Below the pieces are notes generated by a model. It was not told where the DNA came from and did not search any database. It saw nothing but the letters and a program-made list of their open reading frames with translations. A program made the translations under genes and the position numbers. Below, piece by piece: positions 1-12,889 of a stretch of DNA of 64,000 nucleotides. The DNA is from the human T2T-CHM13v2.0 reference genome, Homo sapiens: the NCBI RefSeq assembly GCF_009914755.1, contig NC_060925.1. One strand, written 5' to 3'. How positions within the stretch are numbered: the stretch's first letter is position 1; each line of letters starts with the position of its first letter.

Positions 1-579
1 GAATCGCATGGAATCATCATAAAATGGAATCGAATGGAATCAACATCAAATGGAATCAAATGGAATCATTGAACGGAATTGAATGGAATCGTCATCGAAT
101 GAATTGGATGCAATCATCGAATGGTCTCGAATGGAATCTTCTTCAAATGGAATGGAATGGAATCATCGCATAGAATCGAATGGAATTATCATCGAATGGA
201 ATCGAATGGAATCAACATCAAACGGAAAAAAACGGAATTATCGAATGGAATCGAAGAGAATCATCGAATGGACCCGAATGGAATCATCTAATGGAATGGA
301 ATGGAATAATCCATGGACTCGAATGCAATCATCATCGAATGGAATCGAATGGAATCATCGAATGGACTCGAATGGAATAATCATTGAACGGAATCGAATG
401 GAATCATCATCGGATGGAAACGAATGGAATCATCATCGAATGGAAATGAAAGGAGTCATCATCTAATGGAATTGCATGGAATCGTCATAAAATGGAATCG
501 AATGGAATCAACATCAAATGGAATCAAATGGAATCATTGAACGGAATTGAATGGAATCGTCATCGAATGAATTGACTGC

Positions 580-873
580 AATCATCGAATGGTCTCGAAT
601 GTAATCACATTCTAATGGAAAGGAATGGAATCATCGCATAGAATCGAATGGAATTAACATTGAATGGACTCGAATGGAATCAACATCAAACGGAATCAAG
701 CGGAATTATCGAATGGAATCGAAGAGAATCATCGAATGGTCTCGAATGGAATCATCTTCTAATGGAAAGGAATGGAATCATCGCATAGAATCGAATGGAA
801 TTAACATTGAATGGACTCGAATGGAATCAACATCAAATGGAATCAAGCGGAATTATCGAATGAAATCGAAGAG
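580..873 (+). repeat. 147-bp tandem duplication inside a divergent 468-type subunit
   Basis: GGTCTCGAATG occurs at 591 and 738. Both copies carry the private motifs GAATTAACATTGAATGGACTCG and GGAATCAAGCGG. Subunit spacing 551 to 1166 is 615 = 468 + 147. Confidence 0.9.
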
Positions 874-2360
874 AATCATCGAATGGACTCGAATGGAATC
901 ATCTAATGGAATGGAATGGAATAATCCACGGACTCGAATGCAATTATCATCGTATAGAATCGAATGGAATCATCGAATGGACTCGAATGGAATAATCATT
1001 GAACGGAAGCGAATGGAATCATCATCGGATGGAAACGAATGGAATCATCATCGAATGGAAATGAAAGGAGTCATCATCTAATGGAATTGCATGGAATCAT
1101 CATAAAATGGAATCGAATGGAATCAACATCAAATGGAATCAAATGGAATCATTGAACGGAATTGAATGGAATCGTCATCGAATGAATTGACTGCAATCAT
1201 CGAATGGTCTCGAATGGAATCATCTTCAAATGGAATGGAATGGAATCATCGCATAGAATCGAATGGAATTATCATCGAATGGAATCGAATGGAATCAACA
1301 TCAAACGGAAAAAAACGGAATTATCGAATGGAATCGAAGAGAATCATCGAATGGACCCGAATGGAATCATCTAATGGAATGGAATGGAATAATCCATGGA
1401 CTCGAATGCAATCATCATCGAATGGAATCGAATGGAATCATCGAATGGACTCGAATGGAATAATCATTGAACGGAATCGAATGGAATCATCATCGGATGG
1501 AAATGAATGGAATCATCATCGAATGGAATCGAATAGAATTATGGAATGAAATCCAGTGTGATCATCATCGAATGGACCCGAATGGAATCATCATCCAACG
1601 GAAGCTAATGGAATCAACATCGAATGAATCGAATGGAAACACCATCGAATTGAAACGAATGGAATTATCATGAAATTGAAATGGATGGACTCATCATCGG
1701 ATGGATTCGAATGGAATCATCGAATAAAATTGATTGAAATCATCATCCAATGGAATCGAATGGTATCATTGAATGGAATCGAATGGAATCATCATCAGAT
1801 GGAAATGAATGGAATCGTCATAGAATGGAATCGAATGGATTCATTGAATGGAATCAGATGGAATCATCGAATGGACTGGAATGGAATCATTGAATGGACT
1901 CGAAAGGGATCATGATTGAATGGAATTGAATGGAATCATCGAATGGTCTCGATTGGAATCATTATCAAATGGAATCGAATGGAATCACCGAATAGAATCG
2001 AATGGAACAATCATCGAATGGACTCAAATGGAATTATCCTCAAATGGAATCGAATGGAATTATCGAATGCAATCGAATGGAATTATCGAATGCAATCGAA
2101 TAGAATCATCGAATGGACTCGAATGGAATCATCGAATGGAATGGAATGGAACAGTCAATGAACTCGAATGGAATCATCATTGAATGGAATCGAATGGAAT
2201 CATCGAGTGGAATCGAATGGAATTATGATCAAATGCAATCGAATGTAATCCTCATCAAATGGAATCAAAAATAACCATCATCAATTGGTATTGAATGGAA
2301 TTGTCATCAAATGGAATTCAAAGGAATCATCATCAAATGGAACCGAATGGAATCCTCATT

Positions 2361-3296
2361 GAATGGAAATGAAAGGGGTCATCATCTAATGGAATCGCAT
2401 GGAATCATCATCAAATGGAATCGAATGGAATCATCATCAAATGGAATCTAATGGAATCATTGAACAGAATTGAATGGAATCGTCATCGAATGAATTGAAT
2501 GCAATCATCGAATGGTCTCGAATGGAATCATCTTCTAATGGAAAGGAATGGAATCATCGCATAGAATCGAATGGAATTATCATCGAATGGAATCGAATGG
2601 TATCAACACCAAACGGAAAAAAACGGAATTATCGAATGGAATCGAAGAGAATCTTCGAACGGACCCGAATGGAATCATCTAATGGAATGGAATGGAATAA
2701 TCCATGGACTCGAATGCAATCATCATCGAATGGAATCGAATGGAATCATCGAATGGACTCGAATGGAATAATCATTGAACGGAATCGAATGGAATCATCA
2801 TCGGATGGAAACGAATGGAATCATCATCGAATGGAAATGAAAGGAGTCATCATCTAATGGAATTGCATGGAATCATCATAAAATGGAATCGAATGGAATC
2901 AACATCAAATGGAATCAAATGGAATCATTGAACGGAATTGAATGGAATCGTCATCGAATGAATTGACTGCAATCATCCAATGGTCTCGAATGGAATCATC
3001 TTCAAATGGAATGGAATGGAATCATCGCATAGAATCGAATGGAATTATCATCGAATGGAATCGAATGGAATCAACATCAAACGGAAAAAAACGGAATTAT
3101 CGAATGGAATCGAAGAGAATCATCGAATGGACCCGAATGGAATCATCTAATGGAATGGAATGGAATAATCCATGGACTCGAATGCAATCATCATCGAATG
3201 GAATCGAATGGAATCATCGAATGGACTCGAATGGAATAATCATTGAACGGAATCGAATGGAATCATCATCGGATGGAAATGAATGGAATCATCATC
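2361..3296 (+). repeat. 468-bp internal direct duplication (subunits A and B) within each unit, followed by an ~840-bp C segment; first full example given
   Basis: GAATGGAAATGAAAGG(G/A)GTCATC occurs at 2361 and 2829, and paired ORFs 2474/2942, 4250/4718 etc. are offset by 468. A diagnostics: TTGAATGCA, TTCTAATGGAAAGG, GGTATCAACACC, CTTCGAACGG, GGAAACGAA. B diagnostics: TTGACTGCA, TTCAAATGGAATGG, GGAATCAACATC, CATCGAATGG, GGAAATGAA. Confidence 0.93.
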
Positions 3297-6200
3297 GAAT
3301 GGAATCGAATAGAATTATGGAATGAAATCCAGTGTGATCATCATCGAATGGACCCGAATGGAATCATCATCCAACGGAAGCTAATGGAATCAACATCGAA
3401 TGAATCGAATGGAAACACCATCGAATTGAAACGAATGGAATTATCATGAAATTGAAATGGATGGACTCATCATCGAATGGATTCGAATGGAATCATGGAA
3501 TAAAATTGATGGAAATCATCATCCAATGGAATCGAATGGTATCATTGAATGGAATCGAATGGAATCATCATCAGATGGAAATGAATGGAATCGTCATAGA
3601 ATGGAATCGAATGGATTCATTGAATGGAATCAGATGGAATCATCGAATGGACTGGAATGGAATCATTGAATGGACTCGAAAGGGATCATGATTGAATGGA
3701 ATTGAATGGAATCATCGAATGGTCTCGATTGGAATCATTATCAAATGGAATCGAATGGAATCACCGAATAGAATCGAATGGAACAATCATCGAATGGACT
3801 CAAATGGAATTATCCTCCAATGGAATGGAATGGAATTATCGAATGCAATCGAATGGAATTATCGAATGCAATCGAATAGAATCATCGAATGGACTCGAAT
3901 GGAATCATCGAATGGAATGGAATGGAACAGTCAATGAACTCGAATGGAATCATCATTGAATGGAATCGAATGGAATCATCGAGTGGAATCGAATGGAATT
4001 ATGATCAAATGGAATCGAATGTAATCATCATCAAATGGAATCAAAAATAACCATCATCAATTGGTATTGAATGGAATTGTCATCAAATGGAATTCAAAGG
4101 AATCATCATCAAATGGAACCGAATGGAATCCTCATTGAATGGAAATGAAAGGGGTCATCATCTAATGGAATCGCATGGAATCATCATCAAATGGAATCGA
4201 ATGGAATCACCATCAAATGGAATCTAATGGAATCATTGAACAGAATTGAATGGAATCGTCATCGAATGAATTGAATGCAATCATCGAATGGTCTCGAATG
4301 GATTCATCTTCTAATGGAAAGGAATGGAATCATCGCATAGAATCGAATGGAATTATCATCGAATGGAATCGAATGGTATCAACACCAAACGGAAAAAAAC
4401 GGAATTATCGAATGGAATCGAAGAGAATCTTCGAACGGACCCGAATGGAATCATCTAATGGAATGGAATGGAATAATCCATGGACTCGAATGCAATCATC
4501 ATCGAATGGAATCGAATGGAATCATCGAATGGACTCGAATGGAATAATCATTGATCGGAATCGATTGGAATCATCATCGGATGGAAACGAATGGAATCAT
4601 CATCGAATGGAAATGAAAGGAGTCATCATCTAATGGAATTGCATGGAATCATCATAAAATGGAATCGAATGGAATCAACATCAAATGGAATCAAATGGAA
4701 TCATTGAACGGAATTGAATGGAATCGTCATCGAATGAATTGACTGCAATCATCCAATGGTCTCGAATGGAATCATCTTCAAATGGAATGGAATGGAATCA
4801 TCGCATAGAATCGAATGGAATTATCATCGAATGGAATCGAATGGAATCAACATCCAACGGAAAAAAACGGAATTATCGAATGGAATCGAAGAGAATCATC
4901 GAATGGACCCGAATGGAATCATGTAATGGAATGGAATGGAATAATCCATGGACTCGAATGCAATCATCATCGAATGGAATCGAATGGAATCATCGAATGG
5001 ACTCGAATGGAATAATCATTGAACGGAATCGAATGGAATCATCATCGGATGGAAATGAATGGAATCATCATCGAATGGAATCGAATAGAATTATGGAATG
5101 AAATCCAGTGTGATCATCATCGAATGGACCCGAATGGAATCATCATCCAACGGAAGCTAATGGAATCAACATCGAATGAATCAAATGGAAACACCATCGA
5201 ATTGAAACGAATGGAATTATCATGAAATTGAAATGGATGGACTCATCATCGAATGGATTCGAATGGAATCATCGAATAAAATTGATTGAAATCATCATCG
5301 AATGGAATCGAATGGTATCATTGAATGGAATCGAATGGAATCATCATCAGATGGAAATGAATGGAATCGTCATAGAATGGAATCGAATGGATTCATTGAA
5401 TGGAATCAGATGGAATCATCGAATGGACTGGAATGGAATCATTGAATGGACTCGAAAGGGATCATTATTGAATGGAATTGAATGGAATCATCGAATGGTC
5501 TCGATTGGAATCATTATCAAATGGAATCGAATGGAATCACCGAATAGAATCGAATGGAACAATCATCGAATGGACTCAAATGGAATTATCCTCAAATGGA
5601 ATCGAATGGAATTATCGAATGCAATCGAATGGAATTATCGAATGCAATCGAATAGAATCATCGAATGGACTCGAATGGAATCATCGAATGGAATGGAATG
5701 GAACAGTCAATGAACTCGAATGGAATCATCATTGAATGGAATCGAATGGAATCATCGAGTGGAATCGAATGGAATTATGATCAAATGGAATCGAATGTAA
5801 TCATCATCAAATGGAATCAAAAATAACCATCATCAATTGGTATTGAATGGAATTGTCATCAAATGGAATTCAAAGGAAACATCATCAAATGGAACCGAAT
5901 GGAATCCTCATTGAATGGAAATGAAAGGGGTCATCATCTAATGGAATCGCATGGAATCATCATCAAATGGAATCGAATGGAATCATCATCAAATGGAATC
6001 TAATGGAATCATTCAACAGAATTGAATGGAATCGTCATCGAATGAATTGAATGCAATCATCGAATGGTCTCGAATGGAACCATCTTCTAATGGAAAGGAA
6101 TGGAATCATCGCATAGAATCGAATGGAATTATCATCGAATGGAATCGAATGGTATCAACACCAAACGGAAAAAAACGGAAATATCGAATGGAATCGAAGA

Positions 6201-9200
6201 GAATCTTCGAACGGACCCGAATGGAATCATCTAATGGAATGGAATGGAATAATCCATGGACTCGAATGCAATCATCATCGAATGGAATCGAATGGAATCA
6301 TCGAATGGACTCGAATGGAATAATCATTGAACGGAATCGAATGGAATCATCATCGGATGGAAACGAATGGAATCATCATCGGATGGGAATGAAAGGAGTC
6401 ATCATCTAATGGAATTGCATGGAATCATCGTAAAATGGAATCGAATGGAGTCAACATCAAATGGAATCAAATGGAATCATTGAACGGAATTGAATGGAAT
6501 CGTCACCGAATGAATTGAATGCAATCATCGAATGGTCTCGAATGGAATCATCTTCAAATGGAATGGAATGGAATCATTGCATAGAATCGAATGGAATTAT
6601 CATCGAATGGAATCGAATGGTATCAACATCAAACGGGAAAAAACGGAATTATCGAATGGAATCGAAGAGAATCTTCGAACGTACCCGAATGGAATCATCT
6701 AATGGAGTGGAATGGAATAATCCATGGACTCGAATGCAATCATCATCGAATGGAATCGAATGGAATCATCGAATGGACTCGAATGGAATAATCATTGAAC
6801 GGAATCGAATGGAATCATCATCGGATGGAAATGAATGGAAGGATCATCGAATGGAATCGAATAGAATTATGGAATGAAATCCAGTGTGATCATCATCGAA
6901 TGGACCCGAATGGAATCATCATCCAACGGAAGCTAATGGAATCAACATCGAATGAATCGAATGGAAACACCATCGAATTGAAACGAATGGAATTATCATG
7001 AAATTGAAATGGATGGACCCATCATCGAATGGATTCGAATGGAATCATCGAATAAAATTGATTGAAATCATCATCAAATGGAATCGAATTGTGTCATTGA
7101 ATGGGATCGAATGGAATCATCGTCAGATGGAAATGAATGGAATCGTCATAGAATGGAATCGAATGGATTCATTGAATGGAATCAGATGGAATCATCGAAT
7201 GGACTGGAATGGAATCATTGAATGGCCTCGAATGGAATCATTATTGAATGGAATTGAATGGAATCATCGAATGGTCTCGATTGGAATCATTATCAAATGG
7301 AATCGAATGGAATCACCGAATAGAATCGAATGGAACAATCATCGAATTGACTCAAATGGAATTATCCTCAAATGGAATCGAATGGAATTATCGAATGCAA
7401 TCGAATGGAATTATCGAATGCAATCGAATAGAATCATCGAAAGGACTCGAATGGAATCATCGAATGGAATGGAATGGAACAGTCAATGAACTCGAATGGA
7501 ATCATCATTGAATGGAATCGAATGGAATCATCGAGTGGAATTGAATGGAATTATGATCAAATGGAATCGAATGTAATCATCATCAAATGGAATCAAAAAT
7601 AACCATCATCAATTGGTATTGAATGGAATTGTCATCAAATGGAATTCAAAGGAATCATCATCAAATGGAACCGAATGGAATCCTCATTGAATGGAAATGA
7701 AAGGGGTCATCATCTAATGGAATCGCATGGAATCATCATCAAATGGAATCGAATGGAATCATCATCAAATGGAATCTAATGGAATCATTGAACAGAATTG
7801 AATGGAATCGTCATCGAATGAATTGAATGCAATCATCGAATGGTCTCGAATGGAATCATCTTCTAATGGAAAGGAATGGAATCATCGCATAGAATCGAAT
7901 GGAATTATCATCGAATGGAATCGAATGGTATCAACACCAAACGGAAAAAAACGGAATTATCGAATGGAATCGAAGAGAATCTTCGAACGGACCCGAATGG
8001 AATCATCTAATTGAATGGAATGGAATAATCCATGGACTCGAATGCAATCATCATCGAATGGAATCGAATGGAATCATCGAATGGACTCGAATGGAATAAT
8101 CATTGAACGGAATCGAATGGAATCATCATCGGATGGAAACGAATGGAATCATCATCGAATGGAAATGAAAGGAGTCATCATCTAATGGAATTTCATGGAA
8201 TCATCATAAAATGGAATCGAATGGAATCAACATCAAATGGAATCAAATGGAATCATTGAACGGAATTGAATGGAATCGTCATCGAATGAATTGACTGCAA
8301 TCATCGAATGGTCTCGAATGGAATCATCTTCAAATGGAATGGAATGGAATCATCGCATAGAATCGAATGGAATTATCATCGAATGGAATCGAATGGAATC
8401 AACATCAAACGGAAAAAAACAGAATTATCGTATGGAATCGAAGACAATCATCGAATGGACCCGAATGGAATCATCTAATGGAATGGAATGGAATAATCCA
8501 TGGACTCGAATGCAATCATCATCGAATGGAATCGAATGGAATCATCGAATGGACTCGAATGGAATAATCATTGAACGGAATCGAATGGAATCATCATCGG
8601 ATGGAAATGAATGGAATCATCATCGAATGGAATCGAATAGAATTATGGAATGAAATCCAGTGTGATCATCATCGAATGGACCCGAATGGAATCATCATCC
8701 AACGGAAGCTAATGGAATCAACATCGAATGAATCGAATGGAAACACCATCGAATTGAAACGAATGGAATTATCATGAAATTGAAATGGATGGACTCATCA
8801 TCGAATGGATTCGAATGGAATCATCGAATAAAATTGATTGAAATCATCATCCAATGGAATCGAATGGTATCATTGAATGGAATCGAATGGAATCTTCATC
8901 AGATGGAAATGAATGGAATCGTCGTAGAATGGAATCGAATGGATTCATTGAATGGAATCAGATGGAATCATCGAATGGACTGGAATGGAATCATTGAATG
9001 GACTCGAAAGGGATCATTATTGAATGGAATTGAATGGAATCATCGAATGGTCTCGATTGGAATCATTATCAAATGGAATCGAATGGAATCACCGAACAGA
9101 ATCGAATGGAACAATCATCGAATGGACTCAAATGGAATTATCCTCAAATGGAATCGAATGGAATTATCGAATGCAATCGAATGGAATTATCGAATGCAAT

Positions 9201-12200
9201 CGAATAGAATCATCGAATGGACTCGAATGGAATCATCGAATGGAATGGAATGGAACAGTCAATGAACTCGAATGGAATCATCATTGAATGGAATCGAATG
9301 GAATCATCGAGTGGAATCAAATGGAATTATGATCAAATGGAATCGAATGTAATCATCATCAAATGGAATCAAAAATAACCATCATCAATTGGTATTGAAT
9401 GGAATTGTCATCAAATGGAATTCAAAGGAATCATCATCAAATGGAACCGAATGGAATCCTCATTGAATGGAAATGAAAGGGGTCATCATCTAATGGAATC
9501 GCATGGAATCATCATCAAATGGAATCGAATGGAATCATCATCAAATGGAATCTAATGGAATCATTGAACAGAATTGAATGGAATCGTCATCGAATGAATT
9601 GAATGCAATCATCGAATGGTCTCGAATGGAATCATCTTCTAATGGAAAGGAATGGAATCATCGCATAGAATCGAATGGAATTATCATCGAATGGAATCGA
9701 ATGGTATCAACACCAAACGGAAAAAAACGGAATTATCGAATGGAATCGAAGAGAATCTTCGAACGGACCCGAATGGAATCATCTAATGGAATGGAATGGA
9801 ATAATCCATGGACTCGAATGCAATCATCATCGAATGGAAAGGAATGGAATCATCGAATGGACTCGAATGGAATAATCATTGAACGGAATCGAATGGAATC
9901 ATCATCGGATGGAAACGAATGGAATCATCATCGAATGGAAATGAAAGGAGTCATCATCTAATGGAATTGCATGGAATCATCATAAAATGGAATCGAATGG
10001 AATCAACATCAAATGGAATCAAATGGAATCATTGAACGGAATTGAATGGAATCGTCATCGAATGAATTGACTGCAATCATCGAATGGTCTCGAATGGAAT
10101 CATCTTCAAATGGAATGGAATGGAATCATCGCATAGAATCGAATGGAATTATCATCGAATGGAATCGAATGGAATCAACATCAAACGGAAAAAAACGGAA
10201 TTATCGAATGGAATCGAAGAGAATCATCGAATGGACCCGAATGGAATCATCTAATGGAATGGAATGGAATAATCCATGGACTCGAATGCAATCATCATCT
10301 AATGGAATCGAATGGAATCATCGAATGGACTCGAATGGAATAATCATTGAACGGCATCGAATGGAATCATCATCGGATGGAAATGAATGGAATCATCATC
10401 GAATGGAATCGAATAGAATTATGGAATGAAATCCAGTGTGATCATCATCGAATGGACCCGAATGGAATCATCATTCAACGGAAGCTAATGGAATCAACAT
10501 CGAATGAATCAAATGGAAACACCATCGAATTGAAACGAATGGAATTATCATGAAATTGAAATGGATGGACTCATCATCGAATGGATTCGAATGGAATCAT
10601 CGAATAAAATTGATTGAAATCATCATCGAATGGAATCCAATGGTATCATTGAATGGAATCGAATGGAATCATCATCAGATGGAAATGAATGGAATCGTCA
10701 TAGAATGGAATCGAATGGATTCATTGAATGGAATCAGATGGAATCATCGAATGGACTGGAATGGAATCATTGAATGGACTCGAAAGGGATCATGATTGAA
10801 TGGAATTGAATGGAATCATCGAATGGTCTCGATTGGAATCATTATCAAATGGAATCGAATGGAATCACCGAATAGAATCGAATGGAACAATCATCGAATG
10901 GACTCAAATGGAATTATCCTCAAATGGAATCGAATGGAATTATCGAATGCAATCGAATGGAATTATCGATTGCAATCGAATAGAATCATCGAATGGACTC
11001 GAATGGAATCATCGAATGGAATGGAATGGAACAGTCAATGAACTCGAATGGAATCATCATTGAATGGAATCGAATGGAATCATCGAGTGGAATCGAATGG
11101 AATTATGATCAAATGGAATCGAATGTAATCATCATCAAATGGAATCAAAAATAACCATCATCAATTGGTATTGAATGGAATTGTCATCAAATGGAATTCA
11201 AAGGAATCATCATCAAATGGAACCGAATGGAATCCTCATTGAATGGAAATGAAAGGGGTCATCATCTAATGGAATCGCATGGAATCATCATCAAATGGAA
11301 TCGAATGGAATCATCATCAAATGGAATCTAATGGAATCATTGAACAGAATTGAATGGAATCGTCATCGAATGAATTGAATGCAATCATCGAATGGTCTCG
11401 AATGGAATCATCTTCTAATGGAAAGGAATGGAATCATCGCATAGAATCGAATGGAATTATCATCGAATGGAATCGAATGGTATCAACACCAAACGGAAAA
11501 AAACGGAATTATCGAATGGAATCGAAGAGAATCTTCGAACGGACCCGAATGGAATCATCTAATGGAATGGAATGGAATAATCCATGGACTCGAATGCAAT
11601 CATCATCGAAAGGAATCGAATGGAATCATCGAATGGACTCGAATGGAATAATCATTGAACGGAATCGATTGGAATCATCATCGGATGGAAACGAATGGAA
11701 TCATCATCGAATGGAAATGAAAGGAGTAATCATCTAATGGAATTGCATGGAATCATCATAAAATGGAATCGAATGGAATCAACATCAAATGGAATCAAAT
11801 GGAATCATTGAACGGAATTGAATGGAATCGTCATCGAATGAATTGACTGCAATCATCGAATGGTCTCGAATGGAATCATCTTCAAATGGAATGGAATGGA
11901 ATCATCGCATAGAATCGAATGGAATTATCATCGAATGGAATCGAATGGAATCAACATCCAACGGAAAAAAACGGAATTATCGAATGGAATCGAAGAGAAT
12001 CATCGAATGGACCCGAATGGAATCATCTAATGGAATGGAATGGAATAATCCATGGACTCGAATGCAATCATCATCGAATGGAATTGAATGGAATCATCGA
12101 ATGGACTCGAATGGAATAATCATTGAACGGCATCGAATGGAATCATCATCGGATGGAAATGAATGGAATCATCATCGAATGGAATCGAATAGAATTATGG

Positions 12201-12889
12201 AATGAAATCCAGTGTGATCATCATCGAATGGACCCGAATGGAATCATCATTCAACGGAAGCTAATGGAATCAACATCGAATGAATCAAATGGAAACACCA
12301 TCGAATTGAAACGAATGGAATTATCATGAAATTGAAATGGATGGACTCATCATCGAATGGATTCGAATGGAATCATCGAATAAAATTGATTGAAATCATC
12401 ATCGAATGGAATCCAATGGTATCATTGAATGGAATCGAATGGAATCATCATCAGATGGAAATGAATGGAATCGTCATAGAATGGAATCGAATGGATTCAT
12501 TGAATGGAATCAGATGGAATCATCGAATGGACTGGAATGGAATCATTGAATGGACTCGAAAGGGATCATGATTGAATGGAATTTAATGGAATCATCGAAT
12601 GGTCTGGATTGGAATCATTATCAAATGGAATCGAATGGAATCACCGAATAGAATCGAATGGAACAATCATCGAATGGACTCAAATGGAATTATCCTCAAA
12701 TGGAATCGAATGGAATTATCGAATGCAATCGAATGGAATTATCGAATGCAATCGAACAGAATCATCTAATGGACTCGAATGGAATCATCGAATGGAATGG
12801 AATGGAACAGTCAATGAACTCGAATGGAATCATCATTGAATGGAATCGAATGGAATCATCGAGTGGAATCGAATGGAATTATGATCAAA

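Noticed and set aside
580-873. 147-bp duplication equalling the nucleosome core length
   Set aside because: It is a single event, adequately explained by 3 x 49-bp sub-repeat phase and flanking homology. Nothing in the sequence supports a nucleosome link.
1723-1728. AATAAA once per unit as a polyadenylation signal
   Set aside because: A hexamer like this is expected by chance in A-rich satellite. No clear GU/U-rich downstream element is present and there is no transcript evidence.
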